Assembly (NCBI GenBank): GCA_002633005.1
Contig: NMRA01000027.1
Location: 1,043,788 to 1,107,787 of the forward strand
DNA: 64,000 bases
DNA from: Phoronis australis
Taxonomy: Eukaryota > Animalia > Phoronida
Direction: 5' to 3'
A program made the translations under genes and the position numbers. Positions 48,846 through 61,696 of the stretch are shown one piece after another. Each line of letters opens with the position of its first letter. Position 1 is the stretch's first letter. The notes beneath the pieces are model-generated. The model worked only from the letters and a program-made list of their open reading frames with translations, was not told where the DNA came from and searched no databases.

Positions 48846-51800
48846 AAATATGGATCGAGGTCCCTCTCTAACAGGTCCTTTTAAGCCTATTACGTAATGG
48901 TTGGTGACGTCAGTTTCGCTTCCTTCCTGTAGGCAGATGATGTCACTTCGGGTTGCCTTCGTCAAACGTAACCTATAACCTTTTCCCTTTGACGCATGAT
49001 TTCCCCCCTTTGACCTATGACCTTTGACCGACGACCCTCCAGCGTACATGTAGAACTGATGAAACACGGATATATAATGCGTCAACATTGGTCTAAGTTT
49101 AGCAAAGTTTCGGCGTTATTTTCAATGAAAACAAACTTTTCGCAATTAGGTTGAGCCTCACTTCCTCGGTGGCAAATTAATTAGAAACTCAACACATAGC
49201 GACGCTGTGAATATGAAATATGTTGAAAATTGCCAAATGATTTTAAGAACGTATTTTGTGTCGAAAATGATCCACCGTAAATCGTTCGACCGTATCCAGT
49301 AAGTACCGCGACGTGGTGTTAGGGAATAACACTGCATAATTAAGGCTAAGTGAGCCCCCAAGGTACGTCATCAGTGCAACGGTTACCTATTTGCATAATT
49401 TTTTGTTTTCACATTTACAAGTTTTCATTGAATACAACTGCACTTTGTTCAGCGTGGATGATGTTCGCGTTACAATGTCGTTTAGTTCCCGCTATACAAT
49501 AGCATAGTTTGGAGCATGCAAATACAATCTTAATTTAGATCATCATTGGCAAGGACGATGGGATCAACTGCCTTTTTGTAGTGTCGAGATTCAAAGCACG
49601 ACCTGTCAAAGGAAAACCAATTTTGACAAGAGTTGAACCCATTCTGAAAATTGGGTTTACTCTCAAACTGATCGCTATGCTGAGCAAACATTACAATTTA
49701 ATGCCATATATAATTACAATTAATGGTTGCTTATTTTTTGTTGTTTTTTTCTGTCTTGTTTTAATGGCATAGCCTTTAGACTTTGCATCTGTGCTTTATT
49801 GGTAATAAAAATATCGACAAAACAATGTTTGTTTTATTGCGAGCTGCAGCCCAGTGTTTTGGAATCTACTTAGAGCAAGCTCAAGTTCAATTAATTCGAA
49901 CGTCGAAATTTGTTCAGAAGAATCATTGCTCCACGATGTATGCGAGCATTCTGCTTCTACAAACACAAACGCATATTATTACGAATGCTCTTGCGTGGTT
50001 GCAGTTTCAGGTTTACTGATGCTCATTTTGGAAGTAATGGATTTTAACGATACGCCTCTAACGTAGTTACAGTCCTCGGTTTTCTGTTGCACAGTCGGAA
50101 ATACGTTGGTTCAGTGACACGCACCTAGTGTCGTTACAGCCTCCGGTTTACTGGTGCGCATTTCGGAAGCACTCAGGGACAAGTCTGTCAGAAGATACAC
50201 CATATACTGTACGCACTTCTTCACAGCTGAAATAGGACGATTATAACTGCCATTAGATTATAAAACCGACACATTGTCTAGTTTATCAGGCTATACAAGT
50301 TTGGGGGAGGGGCGTTCCTGTTCCTGTATGATTCCTCTGTCGTCCGCTGACACCGACAAGAACACGGTTGACAATGACAGCGAAACGGTTGTGGTGACAA
50401 TGGTCATGAAGATGAAATGAATGAAGTTGGGTGCGTGACAGTAAATTTCACTTCCGTCTACGACGGACGAAAAATGCCACGTGTATCGTACGACAAGAAA
50501 ACAGGAGTCGGTCATTAAAACAACAGTCATCTGGCCAGTAAATTTCAAAGAACTGGAGAATGATGATTTCGATTGAGAAACATATTCTGAAAGCGTTTGA
50601 TGAGATACATCCACAATGCGGATATGACATTCTAAATTTTAAAAAGATCCGTCAAGCAATGAGAAATAGCTCAATGAAAGAGAAATCATCAAATAATCTC
50701 GAATAACTCAAGAACGGTAAGCCATAAGGAAAACATCTGATATCTCTTGACAAGATCCACATACATCGCAAATCCTATATAAGACCGCTGTGTTAGAACT
50801 TCCAAAATTCGAAAACTGACTGCCACAGCGCCAACTTTGGTGCAAGATACTACATGTCACTTCTAAATTCATTGTTGATCGAAAAAAGCGGCCTGTAGTA
50901 GTACTGATAGACTAACAAAAGTGTAGCGCTAAAATAGTTTTCTAACCAGAAATTCTCACATACATGTATCTATAGGACGGTAAGACAGATACAGAGATGG
51001 CAGCCAGATTAAGCAACTGCGGGGCCCGTAGCACAAGTAGAAGCGCAGTGCCCACACTTAAATGCTCATACCATGATAATCTCAAAGCAAAAGCAAAATA
51101 TGAGTAATTTTCGCTTTTGACCGGAGACGGAAAGAAATTGAGACGGATTCTACATGATGAGACAGTGTGACCACCGAGCAAGGCAGCTGTTGTTCGAATT
51201 GGACGATTTTAGAATAATTCACACACCGCTAGTAAGGGGCCCCACGCTTCTGTCATAATATCAAGAATGCTACCGTTGTCCAATGAATTGATTTCTCTCG
51301 CATTGAATGTTTTGCAAACTTATTTTGCTACTCTGTATCTTTACAACTCCAATGGATTCCTGGCGCCTTGGTGAGTCAGCAATTTTGGGGCCAGTGTTTT
51401 TTGTGTGTACACGCTTACGCTTTGAGCAGTACTACGACACCTGCAATTCTTGAACATCGCTAACTCAGTGGAGCTTTGCATTCCTGACCTTACGCATGTT
51501 GAAAATGGCAGGGACCCTCACAAACTTTTAAAATCGGGTTCGCATCACCTGATGTCAATACAGAAACACTTATGCATTTATGATATTTGTACCTCTAAAA
51601 ATTCTTTGAGCACGGGGTCCCAAAATGCAGTGTCCGGTAGCACGTTCTACCTCTGCTACGTTGTTAATCCGGCACTGGCAAACGAACGGATGGCACTTAG
51701 CGACGTCTATCCGATAAGGAAAGTCGGAGATACGGCACAAAGAATCAACAAATTAAAGAGAAGCCATCGGAAAATCTCGACGACGTTAAGTCGTTACGAA

Positions 51801-53024
51801 AAACAAACGGCACATTACAGAAATCGTTTGGCGAGTTCTATCCACAACTCAAAGTTCAGAAAGGCCCATCAAAGGAGGTCGGTGATACAGCTCCGCTAAG
51901 CAAAAAGTCTAAAAACGGCTGGCACAGCATAATCTTGTGTCTCATCTGAACCCAAAATGCTAGAACTCCTGCTATCAAGGAGGCACGTGTGGCGTGAAAA
52001 CAGGAAAGGTTCTACTAGAGACGTATAACTGCTCTGCTCCCTGAAAAACGTACCCCGGCAGGACCTTATTTTTCATCGAATTTCGAGTAATTCAAAAATG
52101 ATAAAAAGGAGCCAGAAAAGTGTATTACACCTTTTGTAGCACTTGGTGCCATCTTTACACTAATGCCAAATTTCGAGAGATCAGTCAAAGAAAACCAGAC
52201 CTACGGCGCGAGAAGTGAAAAACATGTAAGAACAACCTTGAATAACTCGAGAGCAAATCTGTAGGTGGTAGCAAGAAACAGGCACATTTCTTAAAATATT
52301 TGAGGCATCAGGGTCGAAACTTTGGTGGCAGCCGGTAGCTTTGGCAAATATGGTAAGAGAAAACAAAACGAAAAAGAGAGATAATTGGTATAAACCCTCG
52401 TTCCATCCAAGAAGCAAACTTTTGAGTTAGAGCTTGTACCATTGCAAATTAAAATTACTCTCAACTTGTTTCTTATTCATGTGAGAAGAGACCTCTGGGT
52501 GTGCAAAAGAACTGGCAGTTGTTCTTGGAGACCATTCACGCTGGGTAAATAAACCACTCCGTGACGAGTCAACTTGTAGAGCCTCAGTAGTCTCAAGCAA
52601 TAACGAGCCGTCATTGCTCTTGGAGCCCTAGGTCAAAATCTTTTCCAGTTTGTCCAAGGAACAACTAGAGAACAATTTCGTTACGGTTGAAGTGGATTCA
52701 ATCAAAACTTGATTTCTGTCATCAGAAAGGCGCGTTTGAGGTAATCACTAATTGCAACAGCATTAGCGTAAAAATGTTTTCATCATCGCTGTTTTCAGTT
52801 GTAAATGGTCACTGATCTTCCGAACAGTCACACAAATGCGGAGTGAAGGGTTCACTTTAAGAATTTATACCCTTCTCCACTCTCATTAACTTACATGTAC
52901 GAGACACTCACTGAGTAGAATACTAGTCTCAGACAGTGCTGAAGTGATAAGTTAGACTGAAATCTACGCCCCAACGGCCACCGTTTCAGCACAAAAATTT
53001 AAAGGTGATATGCCTATTGAACAT

Positions 53025-53367
53025 TGTCAGAATATAGCCTGACACTGTTTTTAGTTGTATTCTTTTGTTTTCTTGTTCTGTTTGATTGGCATGATCCCTG
53101 AGTTAAGTTCAGTGATGATGTAATTTGTTTACTACAGAATAGTATGGAACTTTCTAGAAGACTGAGGTCAGAACATTGATGTCATTTGTTTACTGCAGTA
53201 TAGTGAGGAACTTTCTAGAAGACTCTAGCATTACAGTGATTAATGCAGTCTGGAATATTCCAGAGACTAGTACATGTTTGTAGAATGGTTGGGTAGATTC
53301 AGGAAAGTTCTAGAATGTACTTCAATTGATGTAAAGTTCCAGAACAATGCATTAGGCTATAACTACA
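53025..53367 (-). mobile_element. Probable solo LTR
   Basis: TG...CA ends with imperfect inverted termini (TGTCAGAATATAGCCT / AGGCTATAACTACA) and internal repeats GAACTTTCTAGAAGACT; no clear TSD. Confidence 0.45.
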
Positions 53368-53811
53368 CAAGCACCGGGTTTGTGTTACTAAGATCAAGTC
53401 AGTTCTGCGGCGTTTGCAGACCACTTTGTCTAATAGATGGCGCTGTGATAGATGCGCGCCTACTGACGCGCACTTCCGGCTTGGTCATTTCCGATGTCTG
53501 CTTTGTCTGCTTGTTGAGGATTGAACTGCAAATTACTCTAATCGGTTTGACGTACTCACAAGGCAAGGAAGTTTGTAACATATAGCGTTTTGTTATTTTT
53601 GACACATGTAATTCCGGGTGTGACATTAGGTGTTTATGATTCCGTCAGCAGTTGTCTTTGTAATGTAAAATTCACTAAATTTGTACACGTAGCAAGCCAC
53701 AGCTTGGCGTCCCGTCCTGAATACACTATGTTACTGTATAGTACTAAATAAAGTGTATTGGGGGAGGGCATCAGAAGCTAAGGACGACTGTGCACGTGTA
53801 GAAAATTTCGT

Positions 53812-53930
53812 GATGACCGGGACTTGAATCCGGGTTGCACGAGCGACAGTCAAGCATCTAAACCATTCGGCCAAGAGACAATTGCCACTTGGCCGGGGAC
53901 TTGGCAAGCGGCTTAGAGAGGCTTTATCTG
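53812..53930 (-). repeat. tRNA-related dispersed repeat; relatives at ~56160-56282 and ~56705-56795
   Basis: Minus strand TGGCCGAATGGTTTAG...CTGTCGC...CCGGATTCAAGTCCCGG; all three copies share a flanking 'gcaag...gagaggct'. Confidence 0.55.
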
Positions 53931-54055
53931 ACTGTACATGTCGTGACAAGCAGAAGTCACGCTTCACAACACTCGTAACCAACATTCAGAACACACAGTC
54001 ACAGTGTGATAGACAGTAGAACTGTCTGAACTGGTTCATCGAAGCTGGCTCAGAC

Positions 54056-54771
54056 CACAAGCGTCCTCAGCTTCTAATCATCCCCAATACACTATATATA
54101 ATATTACAAGGTATGACACTTTGGACTAGAAATTCCACGGGTGCTTCATTTCAGCCGTCCATAGCAAACACTAAACTCAATAAATTTACACGAAACAGAG
54201 GTTCAACAAACCGTGAGGAATTGTTCTGTCTCCCAATACCATGTACGGTTTCCTGCTCTACCAAGTTCGCGAGAAATTTGTGGTCAAAGCACAAAAATGT
54301 TCCCAAAAAGCCCATGCATCGAGCCTCCTTGGACGGTTCAAGGCCAAGGATGGTACAGAATTATCCGATGAGTTACGAATGTACGGCAATTGCCGGTTCA
54401 TCACAGAAGGTTACGAATGGTCTTGGAATTATCGATGTCGTAACACACCATGACAAATCGGCAGTTGCCGTACCATCCTTGACCTCGAGCTGTCCAAGGA
54501 GGCTCGATGCGTGGGCTTTTTGGGAACATTTTTGTGCTTTGACCGCGAATTTCTTGCGAACTCGGTGGAGCAGGATACCGTAAATGGTATTGGGAGAAAG
54601 AAAGATTCCTCACGGTTTGTTGAACCTCTGTTTTATGTAAATTTATTGAATTTTGTGTTTGTTAGATGGACGGCTGAAGTGAAGCACCCATGGAATTTCT
54701 AGTCTGAAGTGTAATACCTTGTAGTATTATATAGTGTATTTGGGGACGATCAGAAGCTAAGGACGCCTGTG
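54056..54771. mobile_element. Foldback / palindromic non-autonomous DNA transposon
   Basis: ~300-bp inverted arms CACAAGCGTCC...GGACGCCTGTG with flanking GCTCAGAC / GCTCAGAT (7/8 TSD); a short relative at ~53698-53791 ends in the same CTGTG. Confidence 0.85.
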
Positions 54772-56303
54772 GCTCAGATGGTGTCCATCATGCAGGATAG
54801 CCAGCCAGCACTAGCTGTATGAAGACTATTGTCAAAACACAGCTAGGTACCACTGTGTGTTCAGCTCGGACAAACCCCAAAATTTCACACAGCCAAGATA
54901 GTACTGATCGTCACCTCGCTGTGAAACTTGAATCAACATGTAGAGATAAAGACCAGATGGGGTGCATGGAAAATCTGGGTATCAAGCGACACTCGCCTTG
55001 TCTGTTACAGCCATTTAAGTGAAAAGTTATCTAATAAACGTCATTTTCTTGCGTAATCCTCATTATTTTCTAACAAAGAAAAGTTATGTGGTTCTTTTGA
55101 AAACAGTATGCTCGTGACACATGCATACACCATTTCATAATTTTTTGCAACATCTCTCTTCACAATTTGTTGTTATCAAAATTCTGGTAACATATAATGA
55201 AGTGAACCAGTTCTGATAATTTGTTGTGACGTGTACGCAACCTTGCGAAAGAACAACAGTTGATTGAATAATCTGAAAAAAGAAACTGGCCAATTGGTGA
55301 TGCAATATTTCATGCTGCCGAAAACCGATGCAAAAGATCATTCCACAACATCAGCAGCAGAATATTTTTTCCAAAACTGGTAAATAATTTAGTTTACTCA
55401 AGGAAGTGTGTAGTTTTTAATGACACTAATTTTGTGTCGTATTTTATCTGGTCAGCTTTTACCCACATCTGGAGATTTTTTTGCAAATGCCTCATTGGCT
55501 AAACCATCAAACTTGTGTTGTTATGTAAGAACGTTTCAAGCATGATATTGAAACCTTTGAGGCCATCAATATCTTTAAATCCTTCTAGCTCCACCAAATA
55601 CTTCAGTAAGATCTTTTCTACTTGTCTACACTGTATCCTCAATGAAGCAAGTCTATGCAAGATGAATTTGGCGAAGAATTCCAACTCCACTTTGTTGTTG
55701 TCGTTAACTGTTTTACCGTGCATGATAACCACGAAGTATTTCAATTGACGCACACAAGTTAGGCCACAATAAGCGCAAGTTGAGTCGAGCGGAGTATGTT
55801 ACCTGGCAGCTGACACTTGTAAAATGTAGCGTTAGACGATATCTGGAGGAGTATTGTAAGATTTGTTACCCTGTGACTTTTTGTTCATGAACTGTTGTGA
55901 TTTCGTATAACTCCCTCAAAATGGCTCGAGTGAACTGCAATAGATTTTGGTGTATGTTCAAATTGTCTGCAGAGTCATGGTATGTGTTTTTAACACGTAA
56001 ATATGTGCATGCTTCTTTCGATGGTATTCACTGAGTGACTTTATGGAGGTATGCAGCATCAAGCGATGTAATTGCATACAACCCTGGTACTGCCCTGTCA
56101 AACAGTTCACCCAAATTTATTGCCACTCTAATGAAAATTGAAATTGTTGAGAAATCTGCCGACACAGAGACCAGAACCGGGGTTTTCCCATGTGAGAGTC
56201 GAGCATCCAATCCCAAACCGTTCGATTACAAGTCAATTACCGCTTACTCCGCTTAGCAAGCAGCTTGGAGAGGCTTTATCGGATTGCGCAGCATGCCTGA
56301 AAA

Positions 56304-56442
56304 TAGACAATGACCATTGTCTCTGCTGGCACAGCCAGTAAAGATGATGGAGCTCCTATAGGTGCTTCATACGCCGGAAGCTTTTCAGCAAATTGTGCCT
56401 CGCACTGACTAAAACACCAGCAGAGACGATGGTCATTGTCTA
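56304..56442. repeat. Inverted repeat (MITE-like hairpin)
   Basis: TAGACAATGACCATTGTCTCTGCTGG ... CCAGCAGAGACGATGGTCATTGTCTA, 25 of 26 bases complementary. Confidence 0.75.
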
Positions 56443-57739
56443 GCCGGAAAATCATTTGATATGCCACTTTTTCAGCAGGAAAGGTGCACCTGCTGGCTGC
56501 AGTCCTCAGCAATGCTCTAGCATCTTGTAATTGGCCCTTAGGAACACTCACCTGTGTCCTGGAATTTGCCTATTGTTCTGAATCCAACACCACTAAGCCG
56601 GCATGGCCTCCATCCACCACTTAGAATACATTTATACATCTGAGGGTTCTCATACGATTTCGCTCAGTTGTAAGACGTCAATGTAGAAAACACTGCATGG
56701 CAATGGCAGGTATCAAACGCAGGCTGTCGGCGTGAGAGCTGAGCATGCAAACCGTTCGTCCAAGAGGCAATTGTCTTTTTGCAAGTGAGAGGCTCTAAAT
56801 GACGGTGGGGGCCAAGAATACTTTTGGCATAGAAATTGATGCCAATGTTTAGGGTGGGCTCAGTTATAAATTATTTTTTTACTGTCGTGAACTGGAGAAT
56901 TATTACCATACATGTTTTTCAGCTATGTGGCAATAAGCTACATAATTAGAACGCTCTCTTGTTCAGTGGGTTTCCTAAAACTGGAGTGGCTCTGCAAATG
57001 AAGTCTTTCCCTCCCCATTGTTAAGTAGGTCCATCCTGGTAGCCATTATTCGCCATCACCAAATGCTCCCCAAACATCTACCAATCTTCTACAGTCAGAG
57101 TGGGTAAGGTCTTAGTGTTTGAGCAGTTATCAAGCACAAGATCTAGTGGTTTGAAGTCCTGAAGGATAGAAGTGAAGTTAAGTTCTGCTATAAGGTTTTG
57201 CTCACGCAGTTGGCATCCCTAAATCGTTTTAATCTTATTGAATATAAGTAATGCTAAACGATAGAAAATTTGAATGATTCTAAGGTTTGTTCACACTTGA
57301 TCGCAGCGAAAACTTTGAAACAGTGCCTGGATAGCCCTGATTCTTCTTTTTTGCAATCCTAAGACACTTGTTGAACATGGTACGACTATTCTTCACTTTT
57401 TTCACACAAAAATAATTGCCAAAATACTAATTTTCATTTTTTAAAGGCTGATTACTGGTTTGCAAATAATATGAATTTTAGGAACCCTATTATGACATCT
57501 AAACACTACAAGTCGCGCTCGTAATAGACTAAAATACTCTCGGTGTTTTAGTTTTGTGGAGAAATGTCTATTGTTTTGAAACAAAATAGAATTCTACTTG
57601 TCCGTCATAATGTGTGTTAAACAAGTGAACAATTTTCATAATCAGGATGTGTGTGTCTCGCTCCCCCTACTGGGCTGTAGTTCATCAGACATCAGTTTGC
57701 GTGTGTTTATCTCTTACTCATTCTCCTCCATTTACAGCC

Positions 57740-57799
57740 ATGGACAGAGTGTATGTTGCTGGTGTAAACTTCATTGTCACGTTGCAGTCAGTGTTCAAG
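57740..57799 (+). CDS. G6PC: Glucose-6-phosphatase coding exon 1
   Basis: ttacag|CC ATG 'MDRVYVAGVNFIVTLQSVFK'|gtatgt; resembles the G6PC N-terminus (MD..H..GV..I..LQ); phase 0 joins the next exon. Confidence 0.75.
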
Positions 57800-59693
57800 G
57801 TATGTTCAGGGTGGCCAGTCTTCTTACCTCACAAAGTGCTGGAGTGTTCTCACTAACATAGCTCTTTTCATGTCGGAATGTCATCAGTATTTAATGCTTA
57901 TGGGGAAACATCTTTATCTTTAAGAAAAGTACTCTCAGTGGCTCATGATAACAGAAAAGCGTTTGCTAGCGGTATGACAATAACAGATCTTTTGAGACTA
58001 GCGTCAAGGTGACTTCCAGTTTAGTTTTATTTTGTCTGTCTGTCAAATGAGGGTGCTGTGCCTTAAGAAAGCGGTTATTATGCTGTACAGCTATTAGGTT
58101 AGTCATGCAGGAAGCACTTCACAACCATTGCTGCAGCCTTGCACATGGTTCTTTGCAAAACGTGTAGTATTTGGTATTTAAGCCCTCCGTGATATATTAC
58201 ATGTTTACTCCTTGGGAATTGAAAAACACTGACAGTCTTGTATGCACAAACTAACGTATCTCTGTGGTTATCAAACGTAATCCACCATGGACAAAATGTC
58301 CTTAAGCCAGATGTTCTATCGCTGCGGTTTCAATACACTGGCAGGACTACTACTGCAATTCGCCACGCTCACTTCGTTTCATACACCGAAAATCATTGGG
58401 AAAAATTATATAATTTGTCCCTTACTTATTTCGCACAGGGGTGCTGAGTGGGAATTTCTTGCCTCACCTAGTTCACGCACAATCAGTTGCGCAGTTTGAA
58501 AAATGTCAATTCAAAGTCTTAGCTGTCATTAACTCTACTAACGTACACCTTAGTTTTAGCCAAATTAAGGAGGGCTTAATATTGTATATTCAAGGCCACT
58601 TAGCCCTCCATTTATATGCGATATCTTGTGTAGTGAAAGGAGTGTTGCATCTTTTAGAGTCATGGGCTCGTTTAATTCATGCATCATGACAGCGTTCTGT
58701 CGTTCAGCAACTTTTCCAGACGTGAGGGGTTCTGAACGTGCGATAACATCTGGCTCCTTTGATAACTGCCCAGCGTAGTCGTTTGTCCCGTTTGACAACA
58801 AGCAGGCCAATTATCTCCCAAGCTTCAAAGGGTTACTGTAACCTGGCAGAATGGATTGTCTTAACTTCTGTTGTAGTTGGGCGATTTTGGTGATTCAAAA
58901 ACTAAACATGATCAGCATTTGACGAGGAATTCAGAAATGCTACTGGTTTATTTCAAATAAGTTATAACTTGACTTTCATTTTTAGCAGCACAGCCCAGTC
59001 AAGCTAGATACGATCTGATCAGAGATTAGAGCAATTATCAAACAAAAGAGAGCTGGCCCTCCAACCATCAATGCCAGAATGTCGTGTAAAATAATTGGCT
59101 ACAGGGGTAAACTCCCCAACTTTTTGTTGGGCTATAGAATCGAACAAGTTGGGAGCAATGGGAAAACACCGTAATGTGGGCGCAGTTGGCAACGGTTGGT
59201 TGCTGAATTAATTCCCCACGGCCCGTGAACGACGTCCGTATATTCAGTTTATTTGGCACATCCTGATTATCGGGATAATAAACGTAATTTATTTTGTGTA
59301 GAATAAGTGGATTGTATTTTCCTGAATTCATCACATCAATATTTAATAAAAATACTGGTGGGTGGATTTTTTACAATTGACTTTCTGCGCAAGAAACTAA
59401 TCTGACAATGTCTTCCACCGTAAAGTGGTTGGTGTGTTGTTTACGGGGGCAACGCTCAGAGAGAGGCTAAATCTTATCATATTACAGTTTGCAAGCCAAG
59501 CACATTTGGCCAGGGTGTTCACAAAAGTCATGCACTAACATTTAATCTGTAAAAATCCTAATCACCTCACTACTGACACCGATTGTGTGGTATGTCTCTC
59601 TTGGAGGTTCGTTGGCAATGATCGTCCCATGTTTCATGCTTTCTGTGTATTTTCCACACTGACTTAGTGATATAGAGCACACTTTGTTTTCAG

Positions 59694-59851
59694 GGTCATG
59701 ATGAAGTCATGTTGGCATTATCCCACTGTGGTGATCCACACAAGATGTTCACCATATTTTTCCCCATCACCTTTCACATGCACAACTCTGTTGGTACGCG
59801 ACTAGTTTGGGTGGCAGCCATGTCAGAGTGGATGAACGCCATATTGAAATG
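59694..59851 (+). CDS. G6PC: Glucose-6-phosphatase coding exon 2
   Basis: tttcag|'GHDEVMLALSHCGDPHKMFTIFFPITFHMHNSVGTRLVWVAAMSEWMNAILKW'|gtgagg. Confidence 0.9.
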
Positions 59852-60333
59852 GTGAGGCATGTGAGCTGATTCATTACAGTTATTTAATTCAGGTGTGGAT
59901 TTGAAAAATTAAAATGTATAATTTGATTACCTCGATGAGGAAATATACATTGCATATTCACTATCACAAGGTAATGATACTTTCAATATTGTGTATTTTA
60001 GAATTTTTACTTTCAAAAATGGAGTTCTGTGCTTTTTGGATTTTGTGTTGTATTTCATGTGTTTGAGTCAGCACTGTGGGCCATTTGGCACTAATGATGC
60101 TAATAAAGAAAGAGACTAAACTTATTTACTGGTTTGAATTGATTAAGGGTAGATAGCATTTCATCTGCAAGGGGGAGCTCACGTGATAAGTGTCCCCTGC
60201 TTGAATGCTGGCATTTATTTGCGTACAACCACAAAGGTGACGCCTACTAGTTAATTTCAAGTTCTCTGTCGGATGTACGTCCTTGTGGTCTGACTTACTT
60301 CCCTATAGACTCACACACCAGATGTCCTTCTAG

Positions 60334-60443
60334 GATAGCGTATGGTGAGCGTCCTTATTGGTGGATACAGGAGACACCCTTGTTCACGTCAGCAACGAGG
60401 CCACACCTACATCAGTTCAGATTGACATGTGAGACAGGCCCAG
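60334..60443 (+). CDS. G6PC: Glucose-6-phosphatase coding exon 3
   Basis: ttctag|'IAYGERPYWWIQET...LHQFRLTCETGPG'|gtattg; completes PAP2 motif 1 (KxxxxxxRP). Confidence 0.93.
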
Positions 60444-61299
60444 GTATTGCTTAATGGCCAAGGCCAATGTTAATTTATACTTTTACCCTAGACTATGCTG
60501 GTAGATTGATTGTTTTCACTGCTCAGTTCCTGCTTAGTCTGCCAAAACTTGTCAGTCCCTCCCAGGCTCGTCAGCCATTTGTAAACTGAAAGAGCTGACA
60601 ACACCATACTCAAGAAGTTAGCATGTCATTTTATACATCTACAGCAATATGGGTACATGGTTCAGAGATCATTAGACAAATACTAAATGGAGTACTTATT
60701 GGCCATGCTTTTCAAGTTTGGCTGGTTACACAAAACAACTGTAGGAATCAAGCCAACTTTCTAAACCTGGACCTTAGAACTCGAAATCTAACTCATACAT
60801 TATTTTTGACATTTTCCATTTTACTTTTGCGCAAACTCAAGGTAAGTTTCTGTAACTGTTTTTACCCGGGGAACTGTTGTCATGGCGCGGCTTGCTCCAC
60901 TTTAGTCGCATTTACACAACATTAGATCAGCAGGAGTTACTTACTCGAAGACTGTCTGTGAATGCTTGCATAAATAATAAGGAACGTCCAAACCATGTGG
61001 AATGTCAATGAATCACTTGTATGCACGCTAATGGTAACAGAGATGATCCTTTTGCCTTGTCCTAGTTGTGTTTAAACGTGTAGTTGAAACTAGAGTAACT
61101 AATTGAGAGCAACTTTCTCTTCCTCTCAAAGAGATGCTGGGCATAATGAGGTGACTGAATTTTGTCCTAAAATTTGCCAGCAGTGAATGTGGAATGCTAG
61201 GTGCTTAAAAGGTAGTGATTTTCAATGTACATTATCCTGCAGTAGAAAAGTGTGTTTTATACTATATGCCACGTCTACCTGCCTGTCCACCTTTTACAG

Positions 61300-61596
61300 G
61301 TAGTCCATCAGGACATGCCATGGTCTCCTCTTCATCTCTGTTCATCGTTGCCTCTGCCCTCATCTTCTACAAGTTCACTACGGACCGCCTGAAGAGCACC
61401 CTCACTTGGCTAGTTTTCCTACTCTACGTCCTCCTCGTCAGCTTGTCGCGATGTTTCATTGCCACTCACTTCCCTCATCAGGTTTTAGTGGGAGCTGTCA
61501 ACGGTATTCTCCTCGCTCGGGCCTGCAACAAGGTGTCCATGCATGCGTTGTCATGGAAGCACTACGTCCAAGCATCAGCTTTCATGCTCGTTTCAG
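61300..61596 (+). CDS. G6PC: Glucose-6-phosphatase coding exon 4 (gene probably continues beyond the window)
   Basis: ttacag|'SPSGHAM...SRCFIATHFPHQV'...TCAG|gttggt; PAP2 motifs PSGH and SRxxxxxHxxxQ intact. Which paralogue (G6PC1/2/3) cannot be assigned. Confidence 0.92.
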
Positions 61597-61696
61597 GTTG
61601 GTTGTGGTAGAATTTGTTTGATATTGCCTCAACAGATATCAATCATGAACAACAAGCAGATGTCAAAGATTTTCTTCACCTCCTTTTTCACACTTA

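Larger units (their letters stand above)
38540..49000. mobile_element. Decayed Polinton/Maverick (adintovirus-like) endogenous element with degenerate terminal inverted repeats
   Basis: Left arm (38540-38637 plus 39535-39930) aligns as reverse complement with right arm (~48170-48990) once nested insertions are removed; 40150-40490 is also inverted-homologous to 47140-47445. Capsid and protease remnants lie inside. No pPolB or integrase recognised; exact termini and TSD unresolved. Confidence 0.75.

Noticed and set aside
51450-51899. 149-aa ORF as a gene
   Set aside because: Non-ATG start, no recognisable domain and no supporting exon chain.
54113-54702. ORFs within the palindrome as a THAP domain or transposase
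   Set aside because: No C2CH or DDE motif; the paired ORFs simply mirror the inverted repeat.
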